64,000 bases of DNA from an uncultured Solirubrobacterales bacterium. GTDB taxonomy: Bacteria; Actinomycetota; Thermoleophilia; Solirubrobacterales; Solirubrobacteraceae. The DNA lies in NCBI GenBank assembly GCA_963749545.1, contig CAVVNG010000003.1, positions 207,786 to 271,785 on the forward strand, written 5' to 3'. How positions within the stretch are numbered: position 1 is the first letter of the stretch; every line of letters begins with the position of its first letter. Both the position numbers and the translations under genes were made by a program. The notes beneath the pieces are model-generated. The model had not been told where the DNA came from, searched no databases, and saw only the letters and a list, made by a program, of their open reading frames with translations. Below are positions 34,985-45,000 of this stretch, piece after piece.

Positions 34985-37945
34985 GTGGGCGAGGTCAGTG
35001 TCACGCTGCTGAGCGGGTTTGCCGCTGAGGTCGATGGCGAGCCGGTGCCGGACCGGGCCTGGCGCCTGAAGAAGGCGCGGGAGCTGGTGAAGTTGCTCGC
35101 GATCGCGCCGAACCGCAGCCTGCACCGTGAGCAGGTGATGGACGTTCTGTGGGGCGACCGCGCCCCGGATGCCGCTGCGAACAATCTCCACCAGGCCGTG
35201 TACGTGGCCAGACGGGCATTGGATCCGAGCGCGATCGAGGTGCGCGAGGAGATGGTTCGACTTGTTGCCGATGTCGACGTCGACCAACTGATCGTCGCCG
35301 CCGGCGAGGCGCGCCGAAACAGGACGCCGGACGCGTATCGGGCCGCGCTCTCGCTCTACCGGGGCGAGCTGCTGCCCGAGAACCGCTACGACGACTGGGC
35401 GGAGGAGCGTCGCGACGAGCTGAGCGAACTGGCCACACAACTCGAGGACGAACTCGCCGCGCTCCCCGACCCGGCGGTCGACCGTCAGTCGTCATTGCCC
35501 GCGGACACGAGCTCGTTCATCGGGCGCAGCCAGGAGCTGACCGAGCTGGCCGCACTGCTGCGGGGCGCGCGGCTCCTCACCCTCACCGGCGCCGGCGGTG
35601 TGGGCAAGACGCGCCTCGCGCTCGAGTTGGCCCGTGCCGCCGAGCCGGCGTATTCGGGCGGTGCGGCGTTCGTCGAGCTCGCTTCGCTCTCAGATCCGCG
35701 CCTGGTCCCGAGTGCGATCGCTGCGGCACTCGACGTGAGGGCACTGTCCGGCCAGAGCCTGACCGATGCGGTTCTCGCCTACGTAGCTCCACGCTCGTTC
35801 CTGCTGGTGATGGACAACTGCGAGCACCTTCTGGGGGCGGTCGCCAGCCTGGCTGACATGCTGCTCCGGTCCGCCCCCCAGCTCACCGTCCTGGTTACGA
35901 GCCGCGAGCCGCTGCGGGTTTCCGGCGAGGTTCTGTTCCGCGTCCCGTCGCTGGATATCCCTGATCCCGAGCAGGCGCTCGAGCCGGCGCAGCTGCTCCG
36001 GTATGAGGCCATACAGCTGTTCACCGAGCGGGGCGCGGCGGCGGTGCCCGGCTTTGATATCGATCCCGACAACGCCGCCGACATGGCCCGGATCTGTTTT
36101 CGGCTCGACGGCCTACCCCTCGCGCTCGAGCTCGCCGCCGCTCGCCTGGGAGCCCTCGGTCCAGCCGCGGTCGCGCAGCGGCTCGACGATCGCTTCCAAC
36201 TGCTGCGGCGCGGCAGCCACTCCGCACCCACCCGTCAGCACACTCTCGCCGCCACGCTCGAATGGAGCCATGATCTCCTGGAGGCCGACGAGCGCACGCT
36301 GTTTCGGCGCCTTGCGGCATTCGCGGGTGGATTCGAACTCGAGGCGGTCGAGACCGTGTGCGCCGACGCTGAGCTCGAGCGAGCTGGGATCGCCGACGTG
36401 CTCGCCCGTCTAGTCGAGAAGTCGCTGGTCACGGTCGACGAACGCACCTCCCGCGAGCGTCGCTACCGGCTGCTCGAGACCGTCCGGCTGTACGCGCGGC
36501 AGCGTCTCGACGAAGCCGGCGAGACATCGCTGCTGAGCCGGCGCCACGCGCAGTGGGCGGTCGAGCTGGCCAAAGAGCTTCGCAACTCTCCGCAACTCGA
36601 CCGCGATGCCGCGAACCTGAGGGCGGCCCTTGACGCGCTGCTCGCTCGTGCCCCGGCCGAGTCGCTCGAGTTCTGCGTAACCCTGTTCCCGTTCTGGATG
36701 CGCCGGATCGATCTCGACGAGGCCGGGCGGCGCTTGGACGAAGTACTGGCGGCCGCCCCGGAGCGAACCCCGCTTCGCTCGCAGGCATTGCTCGACGCGG
36801 CCGCGATCGACCTCCGCAGTGGCGCCGTCCAACGCGGTTTTGCCCGTGCTGACGAAAGCTACGACGTGGCCTGCGAGATCGGGGACGTGCGCGCACAATG
36901 GCGAGCGCTCCAGTATCTCGGCGAGGTTCGCCTGGCCAGCGATGCCGCCGATGAGGCCACACCGTGGCTCGAGCGCGCGCTCGAACTCGCGCATCGCGAA
37001 GCGTTCCCGGCGGCCGAGGCGACATGCGTGTACTCGCTCGGCGTCGCCAGCTGGATGCTCGGCGATCTCGATCACGCCGAGCAGCTGATCGCCGAAAGCA
37101 TCGAGCTGTTCAGAGCACTCGCCGGCTCCTCCGAGCCGATTGCCTCGCCGGTCAACTTCGCCGAGACGAGTCAGGCCGGCGCGCGGCCCGGGTTGCGCAT
37201 CGTGTTCGAGGACACGCTCCAACCCTTTGTCGAGATCTCATGCGACGCCGCGGTCGGCTACGTCCTGGCCAATCAGGCGGGAATCGCGCGCGTGCAGGGT
37301 GACCTTGCCCGGGCACGCCGGCTCCTCGACGAGAGCGCGGCACGCTTCGAGGAGCTGGGCGACGACCACGGCCGCGCGGCGGTGCTCGTGCGGCTGGCCT
37401 ACCTCGCGCTCTCTGAGGATGCGCCGTCGGCCGCCCGCGAAGCGCTCGAGGAGGCACTCGAGCTCAGGCGCGCGCACGGCGATCGCCGCGGGATCGGCGT
37501 GGTGCTGGTGGGGCTCGGTCTGATTGACACGACCACGGGGGCGTACGACCTTGCCGATCGGAATCTGGCCGAGGCTCGCGACATGTTCCGCCGGGCCGGC
37601 GATCGGTGGGGTCTGGCCAGCGCTCTATGGAGAACCGCCGATCTCGACTTCGCGCGTGGGGAACTCGACGAGGCGGAGGGCGCGCTGCAGGAGGCCCGTG
37701 CCGTACTCGCTCCGACGCAGCGAGAACGATGGATCGCCAATACGTTGGTGGGGCTTGCGGAAATAGCGCGGCTCCGCAGCGAGGGTGACGCCGCCTCGTG
37801 CCTGCTCGCCGATGCGCGCGAGCGCTACGCAGCACGGCACGACTCGATCGGCGTCGCCGACGTCGATGAGCGGCTGAGCGACCTTGCTAAGGACGTGCTA
37901 AGTGACGGCAAAGAGCCGCCGCGTAGAACTCCCCACACCTCCTAA
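34985..37945 (+). CDS. SARP/AfsR-like regulator: BTAD domain + NB-ARC/AAA ATPase + TPR repeats
   Basis: A likely GTG start at 34985 gives VGEVSVTLLSGFAAEVDGEPV. The BTAD segment is AYRAALSLYRGELLPENRYDDWA. The P-loop is LTLTGAGGVGKTRLALE. Also present are LLVMDNCEHL, FRRLAAFAGGF, and C-terminal TPR-like repeats. Confidence 0.85.
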   Translation: MGEVSVTLLSGFAAEVDGEPVPDRAWRLKKARELVKLLAIAPNRSLHREQVMDVLWGDRAPDAAANNLHQAVYVARRALDPSAIEVREEMVRLVADVDVDQLIVAAGEARRNRTPDAYRAALSLYRGELLPENRYDDWAEERRDELSELATQLEDELAALPDPAVDRQSSLPADTSSFIGRSQELTELAALLRGARLLTLTGAGGVGKTRLALELARAAEPAYSGGAAFVELASLSDPRLVPSAIAAALDVRALSGQSLTDAVLAYVAPRSFLLVMDNCEHLLGAVASLADMLLRSAPQLTVLVTSREPLRVSGEVLFRVPSLDIPDPEQALEPAQLLRYEAIQLFTERGAAAVPGFDIDPDNAADMARICFRLDGLPLALELAAARLGALGPAAVAQRLDDRFQLLRRGSHSAPTRQHTLAATLEWSHDLLEADERTLFRRLAAFAGGFELEAVETVCADAELERAGIADVLARLVEKSLVTVDERTSRERRYRLLETVRLYARQRLDEAGETSLLSRRHAQWAVELAKELRNSPQLDRDAANLRAALDALLARAPAESLEFCVTLFPFWMRRIDLDEAGRRLDEVLAAAPERTPLRSQALLDAAAIDLRSGAVQRGFARADESYDVACEIGDVRAQWRALQYLGEVRLASDAADEATPWLERALELAHREAFPAAEATCVYSLGVASWMLGDLDHAEQLIAESIELFRALAGSSEPIASPVNFAETSQAGARPGLRIVFEDTLQPFVEISCDAAVGYVLANQAGIARVQGDLARARRLLDESAARFEELGDDHGRAAVLVRLAYLALSEDAPSAAREALEEALELRRAHGDRRGIGVVLVGLGLIDTTTGAYDLADRNLAEARDMFRRAGDRWGLASALWRTADLDFARGELDEAEGALQEARAVLAPTQRERWIANTLVGLAEIARLRSEGDAASCLLADARERYAARHDSIGVADVDERLSDLAKDVLSDGKEPPRRTPHTS

Positions 37946-37963
37946 CTCGAAAGGAAGTTGGAC

Positions 37964-39376
37964 ATGAGTTCCACAATCTCCCCCGTGCTCGGGGAAGCAA
38001 CTGTTCAGGATCTGCGCGAAGCAATTCGCGGCGAGGTCGTCGTGCCAGGCGATGGCGGGTATGCCGAGGCCGCGCGGGTTTGGAACGGCGCGCACGATGG
38101 CCAACGCCCGGCGATCATCGTCCGCTGCGCGGGAACCGCAGACGTGATTGCCGCAGTCGGGTTCGCTCGCAGCAACGGCCTCACGATCGCAGTCCGCGGT
38201 GGCGGCCACAGCGTTGCCGGATTCTCGACCAGTGACGGCGGAATCGTCATCGACCTGTCATCCATGAACGCCGTTTCCGTCGATCCCGTTGCCCGCCGGG
38301 CCAGCGTCTGCGGCGGCGCTGTCTGGGCCGACGTCGATCATGAAACACAGGCCCACGGACTGGCCACCACCGGAGGACTGGTGTCGTCCACGGGTGTCGC
38401 CGGCTTCACGCTCGGGGGCGGGATCGGATGGACGATGCGAAGGTTCGGCCTGGCCTGCGACAACCTCGCGGCGGCTGAGGTCGTCACCGCCGACGGCCGC
38501 CTGGTCCGGGCCAGCGAGACCGAGAACGCCGACCTGCTCTGGGGTCTGCGCGGCGGCGGCGGTAACTTCGGCATCGTGACACGGTTCGAGTTCGATCTCC
38601 ATCAGCTCGGACCGGAGATCTACGCCGGCCCGGTCTTCTACCCGGCCGAGGACGCCTTCGACCTCCTGCGCGCGTTTCGCGACTGGTCTGAGGATGCTCC
38701 GGAGGAGATCACCGCGGTGGTCAACCTCACGAGCGCACCACCCCTGCCGGTTATTCCGGAGGCGTGGCACGGCAGAAAGGTCGTGGCGTTCATCGCCGCC
38801 TCCACCGGCCCCGTCGAGCAGGGCGCGGCTCTGGTCGCGCCCGTCCGCGATGTGGCGGAACCGATCGCCGATCTGCTCGGGCCGATGCCGTACCACGCAC
38901 TGCAGACGCTGCTGGACCCGCTGTGGCCGAAGGGGATCCACGCCTACTTCAAGGGCACCAACCTCGCCCGGCTCGATGACGAGCTGATCGACCGGTTGTG
39001 CAAGGTCCAGCATGCCGCCCCGGGCCCACAGTGCGAGCTCCACGTTCACCAGATGGGCGGGGCCGTCGGACGCGTGGCCGAAAGCGCGACGGCGTTCCCG
39101 GAGCGCTCGATGCCCTTCGTGCTCAACGCGGTCACGGGATGGCACGAGGCCGACCAGGGTGACGCGCACACCGAGTGGGCCCGCCAGGCGATCGCGGCTG
39201 GGGCCGACGCATCGACTGGCCGCGCGTACGTCAACTTCCTCGGCGACGGCGACGCTGCGCGGTCGGCCTACGGCGAGGAAACGTACGCCCGCCTGGCGTC
39301 CCTCAAGCAGGTCTACGACCCGACGAACGTGTTCCGGCTCAACCAGAACATCAAACCCGCGGGGTCCGGCTCCTAG
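37964..39376 (+). CDS. FAD-linked oxidase, berberine-bridge-enzyme-like (VAO family)
   Basis: AAGGAAG lies 7 nt before the ATG at 37964. Motifs are RPAIIVRCAGTADVIAAVGFARSNGLTIAVRGGGHSVAG and the C-terminal BBE motif YVNFLGD...LKQVYDPTNVFRLNQNIKP. Confidence 0.9.
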   Translation: MSSTISPVLGEATVQDLREAIRGEVVVPGDGGYAEAARVWNGAHDGQRPAIIVRCAGTADVIAAVGFARSNGLTIAVRGGGHSVAGFSTSDGGIVIDLSSMNAVSVDPVARRASVCGGAVWADVDHETQAHGLATTGGLVSSTGVAGFTLGGGIGWTMRRFGLACDNLAAAEVVTADGRLVRASETENADLLWGLRGGGGNFGIVTRFEFDLHQLGPEIYAGPVFYPAEDAFDLLRAFRDWSEDAPEEITAVVNLTSAPPLPVIPEAWHGRKVVAFIAASTGPVEQGAALVAPVRDVAEPIADLLGPMPYHALQTLLDPLWPKGIHAYFKGTNLARLDDELIDRLCKVQHAAPGPQCELHVHQMGGAVGRVAESATAFPERSMPFVLNAVTGWHEADQGDAHTEWARQAIAAGADASTGRAYVNFLGDGDAARSAYGEETYARLASLKQVYDPTNVFRLNQNIKPAGSGS

Positions 39377-39663
39377 GGCCTCTTCCGACGCGAGACCGCG
39401 CTGTCCACATCCGTCGCAGCGGTTGGGGGGCGCGGGCTCGCGTCCGGCGGCGCACCGCCGTCAGCCCGACGCAGCGGGGCCAGCCGAATCAATGGCAAGG
39501 CCTGGCAGTCACCGGCGCCTCGCCCGGCGGGGGTTGGCATCGCGAGCCGGCCTCGTGGGTCGTACAGTGAGTAGGACCCCGCGACCGAACAGGGCCGGCG
39601 GGTGCGTCATCGGGCCGATTGCATTTGTCAGACACCACGGAAAACCTCCTCCATCACGCGGCG

Positions 39664-42018
39664 ATGAGGCGGGCCTGCACACGCGCAACGAAGATCATGG
39701 TCACAGTGCTGGCTGCGGCCTGCGCCATCGGAGCGCTCGCACCGATCGCGCGAGGGGACGGCGACCCGGGGAGTGATGTTCTCGTCTACCAGGACCTGTT
39801 CGTCGGTCCCGATGCGGGCCTGTCGATTCCGCAGCAGGCACGGTTCGGCGGGCTGCTGAAGGCAGCCGCCCGATCGGGGTTTCCGATCAGGGTGGCGATC
39901 ATCGCCAAGCCCTCGGATCTTGGTGCCGTCACCGGGCTGTGGCGCAAACCTCGAGCGTACGCCCGGTTCCTCGGTCTGGAGCTGTCGCTCGCCTACAAGC
40001 AGCGGCTGCTCGTGGTGATGCCAAACGGCTTCGGCTTCAACTGGCCGGGCCACGCCAGCACGCCGGCCTACCACGCGCTGGCCACCATCCCGATCGGAGG
40101 TGGCGGTGGCGGGTTGCTCGGCGCCGCCGAGTCGGCGGTGCGCAAGCTGGCTGTCGCGGATGGCGCCAAGCTGCCGGCGGCGGCAAGGAGGGCAGCCTCG
40201 GCCCAGGCGACGGGATCGGGCGCCAGCAAGAGCCAGGCGCCGTCCGCGGGGCAGGCGACCGACAACCGCGTGGCCATCATCGCCATAGTGCTCGTCGCGG
40301 TTGCCGCCGCGGCGCTTCTCGTCGGAGCAGCGCTTCGCCGACGGACCAGTCGTGGGGGTCAAGCTTCGGAGAAGGGGCGCCGGCGGCGGCTGCAGCCGGC
40401 CGGGCCACGCTGGCTGTTACCGAGTGTCGCGCTCGTCGCGGTGCTACTGACCGGAACGATCGTCGCCCTCGCGCAGGTGGGATCGGGCCGCGGATCGAAG
40501 CCATCGGCGCTCGCGTTCAACCCGTTCCTCGATCCTGGGACTCCGCTGTCGGGCGCCGCCCCAGACTTCACGCTCTCGGACCAGTTCGGACAGCCGGTGT
40601 CGTTGCGTTCATTTCGGGGCAAGGTCGTGATCCTCGCCTTCAACGATTCCGAATGCACGACCGTGTGCCCCCTCACGACCACGGCGATGCTCGATGCCAA
40701 GGCGATGCTGGGGCAGGCCGGCTCGCGCGTACAGCTGCTGGGGATCGATGCCAATCCGGCCGCGACCTCGCTCGAGGACGTGTGGTCCTACTCAGAGCTC
40801 CACGGGATGCTGCACGCGTGGCATTTCCTCACCGGATCATTGCCGCAACTGCGGCAGGTGTGGAAACGCTACGGGGTCGAGGCGGCTGTCGAGCGGGGCC
40901 AGATCACCCACACCCCGGCCCTGTTCGTGATCGGTCCAGAGGGGCGGAAGGCCCAGGTCTACATCACCCAGATGTCGTACTCGGCGATCGGCCAGCTCGG
41001 CCAGGTGCTCGCCCACGAGGCGTCCAACCTCCTGCCGGATCATCCTCGAGTGCGCTCGGATCTCTCCTATGCCCGCGTCCCGCCGATCACCCCGGCACAG
41101 ACCACGACGCTCCCGCGCGCCGGGGGAGGATCCGTTCGAGTCGGCCCCGGGAAATCGGCACATCTGTATGTGTTCTTTGCGACCTGGGATCAGGAAACGA
41201 GCGGCCTGGCCGGCGAGCTGGACAAGCTCAACGGCTACGCGTCAGCTGCTGCGCGGCTCGGACTCCCGCCTCTCACAGCGGTCGACGAGGGAAGCGTCGA
41301 GCCGTCCTCGGGCACGCTGAGCAACTTCCTCAGGCGCCTTCCGAGACCGTTGTCATACCCGCTGGCCGTCGACCCAACGGGCCGGATCGCCGATGGATAT
41401 GAGGTGCTCGGGGCCCCGTGGTTCGTGCTGACCTCGCCGACCGGCCAGATCCTCTACTACCGAGAGGTCTCGACGGCAGGCTGGCCGAGCCCAAAGGTGC
41501 TGACCCGCTATGTGCGAGCCGCGCTTGCCCGCGTCCCCGGCACCGCCGGCGCCTCAACCGTGCGGCGGGATCTCGCCGGGTCGCCAGCCCCGCTGGCGGC
41601 CGTCCACCAGCAGGCGAACCGGCTACTGGGAGCCGAGCCGGCATTGGCTGCGAGGATCCGCGCGCTGCGCGGTTATCCGATCGTGATCAACGCGTGGGCG
41701 TCGTGGTGCGGCCCGTGCCGCTCGGAGTTCGGTCTGTTCGCCTCCGCGTCCGCGCGCTACGGCCGCCGCGTCGTGTTTCTCGGCGCCAACACCAACGACT
41801 CACCCGGCGACGCGCGGACCTTCCTGGCTCAGCATCCGGTCAGCTACCCGAGCTACGAGACGACCACCAGCAATCTCAGCGACCTGGCGGTCATCGGTGG
41901 GCTGCCGACGACGATCTATATCAACCCGACGGGCAAGGTTGTGTTCGTGCACACGGGTCAGTACGACTCGCAGGGGACACTCGATCAGGACATCGGCAGC
42001 TATGCGCTGGGAGGCTGA
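39664..42018 (+). CDS. membrane protein with an extracytoplasmic N-domain, two TM helices and three tandem thioredoxin-fold domains (SCO1-like CxxxC, Cys-less, TlpA/ResA-like WCGPC)
   Basis: The signal-like N-terminus is MRRACTRATKIMVTVLAAACAIGALAPIARG. TM helices lie at ~aa 218-239 and 265-287 (numbered from the 39619 ORF). Domain motifs are KVVILAFNDSECTTVCP, AHLYVFFATWDQETSG and PIVINAWASWCGPCRSEF. Confidence 0.85.
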   Translation: MRRACTRATKIMVTVLAAACAIGALAPIARGDGDPGSDVLVYQDLFVGPDAGLSIPQQARFGGLLKAAARSGFPIRVAIIAKPSDLGAVTGLWRKPRAYARFLGLELSLAYKQRLLVVMPNGFGFNWPGHASTPAYHALATIPIGGGGGGLLGAAESAVRKLAVADGAKLPAAARRAASAQATGSGASKSQAPSAGQATDNRVAIIAIVLVAVAAAALLVGAALRRRTSRGGQASEKGRRRRLQPAGPRWLLPSVALVAVLLTGTIVALAQVGSGRGSKPSALAFNPFLDPGTPLSGAAPDFTLSDQFGQPVSLRSFRGKVVILAFNDSECTTVCPLTTTAMLDAKAMLGQAGSRVQLLGIDANPAATSLEDVWSYSELHGMLHAWHFLTGSLPQLRQVWKRYGVEAAVERGQITHTPALFVIGPEGRKAQVYITQMSYSAIGQLGQVLAHEASNLLPDHPRVRSDLSYARVPPITPAQTTTLPRAGGGSVRVGPGKSAHLYVFFATWDQETSGLAGELDKLNGYASAAARLGLPPLTAVDEGSVEPSSGTLSNFLRRLPRPLSYPLAVDPTGRIADGYEVLGAPWFVLTSPTGQILYYREVSTAGWPSPKVLTRYVRAALARVPGTAGASTVRRDLAGSPAPLAAVHQQANRLLGAEPALAARIRALRGYPIVINAWASWCGPCRSEFGLFASASARYGRRVVFLGANTNDSPGDARTFLAQHPVSYPSYETTTSNLSDLAVIGGLPTTIYINPTGKVVFVHTGQYDSQGTLDQDIGSYALGG

Positions 42019-42042
42019 CGTTCGCGACGATCCCGCTGCCGG

Positions 42043-45000
42043 TCAGTCGGCCGCGAGCGCAGCTGGCCTCAGCAGGTGGTCGGTCCGCTCGATCCAGGGC
42101 TTCGCGCGCAGGCGCTCGAACATCGAGCGCGCCCGCCGGAGCACGGCGGTGGCCTCTTCGGTACGGCGCAGCTCGACCAGGACCCGTCCGTGGTCGAGCA
42201 TGGTGCGAGCAAGGGCAAATGGGTTGCCGGAGTCGCCGATCACAATCACCGCTTCGGCGAACTCGGCTTCGGCGCGTTGGAGCTCACCACGCTCCGCCTG
42301 CAGCAGGCCGCTGGCGCGCTGTAGTTGACCGCGCGTGAGCGACAGCTCGACGTGCACCCGTTTGGCGAGCAGTTCCTCGACCAAAGTGTCCTGTCCGGAT
42401 TCGATCAGGGCTTCGAGAACGTCGCCCAGGTAGAACATGTGAGTCAGCCCTCCCAGGAGGTTCTCCTCCGGCGCAGCGGTGATCAGTGGCGTCGCCTCGT
42501 CGCTGCGTCCTGCCGCACGAAGGGCGACACCCTTGGCGATACCTTCGACGACGGCGAGCTCGTGCCACTCCGACGGTTGCACCTGTGCGGCCAGCCATGC
42601 GTCGAGCCCGGCCAAATCGCCGCGTGCGGACAGGATCAGTGGAGCAAACACCGCCGCCAAGCGAATGATCCCGGTTTCACCCTCCGTGTTCAGGCTCTCG
42701 CTGAGGGCAAGGGCCTCATCCCATTCTCCGCTGAACGCGTGAACTCCGACGCGCTGGGCAACGAGGTCATGCTCCCAGCTGCGATAACCACGCTCGCGCG
42801 CCAGCATCAGGCCACGCCCGAGGAGCTCTCCGGCTTCCACGGGAGCTCCGGTGCTGAGCCGATGCTCGGCGAGGTTGAAGTAGCCCCGCAGCGCCTGATC
42901 GGTGACATCCGATTCCAGGGCCACCTGCAGTCCGAGCGCGATCACTGACCCGGCCTCGACCAGGCGGCCGTGGTACTGCAGGGCGATTCCGCGCGTCATC
43001 GCCGCCTCGGCCAGCACCGGGCGCAGCCCGCAAGGGTCAGCGATGGACAGCGCCCTCTCCGACTCCTCGAGTGCCCTGGTGTAGTTCCCGGTCAGGAACG
43101 CCACCCGCCCGCGGCGCGCCGCGAGCTCAGCCAGAGTCTGCTCACCGCTGAGCACCTGGCGGGCGCGGTCGATCAGCTCCCCCGCCTCCTCGAGTCGGTT
43201 TTCGTCGATCAAGACATTCGCCAGCAGGGCACGGTTTCGGGCTGCGTCCTCGTCACGGCCGGTGGCGTCGAGGACCGCGATCGCATCGGTGAGCAGTGTG
43301 TGCGCGGCGTCCGGGTCGCCGGCGCGAGCCGCTGCGACCCCTGCTTCGGCCAGCAGGCTGGAGCGCTCAACGTCATCATCGGCGAGCGCCGCCGCCTGCT
43401 CGAAGTAATGTCGCGCCTCGGCGGCCAGGGCGAGCGATCCGGCACGTCGTCCCGCGGCGGCAAGGGTCTCGCGCGCCGAGGCCCGGATGGCGTCGGCGTC
43501 GGGCGCGTCCGGATCCGCCTTGACGGCGTCGAGGTAATGGCTTGCCAGCACCTCAGCGATCTCGGTGGCGTCACCCCACGCCGATCGCAGGTATCCAGCG
43601 GCGGCGAGATGGCGCGCCTTGCGGTCCCGCCGCGACAGAGTATCCAGCGCGATCGTCCGTAGGAGTCCCTGGAGAAAGTGGTACTGCCCCTGCTCGGCGA
43701 ACCGCGAATCCTCGTGGCGCCCGAGGACCTGCTTGGCGACCAGACCGTCGAGAATCACCTCCACATCGCCTTCCGGCCGCCCGCTGACCGCTGCCAGTGC
43801 CGCCGTCGGGAACGCCATTCCCAGAACCGCGGCATCCTGGAGCGTCGAGCGCTCGACCGCGTCGAGATTGTCAAGTCTGGCCGCCACCAGCGCCTGAAGG
43901 GTCTCCGGCACCTCCAGATCGCCGATCGCCGCCGACACGATGTAGCGCTGGCCCTGCTCGGTCAGGATGCCGCGGTCTAGCAGCATCCGCACCGTCTCGA
44001 CCGCATAGAGCGGCACGCCCTCCGCGCGCCCGAGGATCCGGGCCATCAGGTCCTCGGGCAGCCCGGGCACGACACTGTCGAGCAGGGTTCGCATCGAAGC
44101 CGAGTTGAGCGGACCCAGGCGCACGAGCCGCCCCAGGTTGGTGAGCCGGGCCTCGACCTCGGGGCGGCCGAGCGCGAGGATGAAAATCGGGAACTCCGCC
44201 GACCATTCGAGCACATAGTCGATGAACTCGAGTAGCCCACTGTCGGCCCACTGCACATCCTCAAACGCGAGGATCACAGGGTACGTCTGAGCCATTCGTT
44301 CGAAGAACAGCCGCCAGCCTGAGAAGAGGTCCGCTGCCTCGCTCGCGGTGCGTTGCTCGAGACCCAGCAGGTGAGCGAGTCGCGGCTCGATCAGCCCACG
44401 CTCGCGCTCATCGGGGACATGCTGTTCGACGACGGCGCGCAGCTTTGCCCGGGCGGAGTGCGGGGGCTCCTCCTCGAGTATTCCCGCGCGTGTTCTCACC
44501 ATCTCGGCGACCGCCCAATATCCCACCCCCTCGCCGTATGACAGGCACCGACCCTGATGCCACCACCGGTCAGCACTGCTGCCGTCGACGTACTTGAAGA
44601 ACTCCCACAGCAGGCGCGACTTTCCGGAGCCCGCCTCGCCCAGCACGGTGATGAGCCTGGCTCGATTGTCCGCCGCGCTGGCCTCGGCTGACTCGATGAC
44701 GACCTCCAGCTCAGGCTCACGCCCGACGAACTGCGCTTCGAGCCCAGCCCCGCGCCGTGCGCCTCCGGCGCCGGCGACGACGCGCAGCGCCATCCAAGTC
44801 CGAACGGGCTGCTCGCGGCCCTTGACGTGGTGGACGCCCGCGTCCTCGAATGCGATGGCCGCCTCAGATGCCCGCCGCGTGATGTCATCGACCAACACGC
44901 AGCCAGGGTGGGCGATCGACTGCAAGCGAGAAGCGGTGTTGACGGTGTCGCCGAGGACCATGCCCTCGCTCTCCGCGCCCAGCTCGACAGCGGCGCGTCC

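Noticed and set aside
36328-36342. A tRNA T-loop-like string, GGATTCGAACTC.
   Set aside because: It is embedded in the SARP coding frame (AGGFELE) and has no surrounding cloverleaf arms. No tRNA is supported anywhere in the window.
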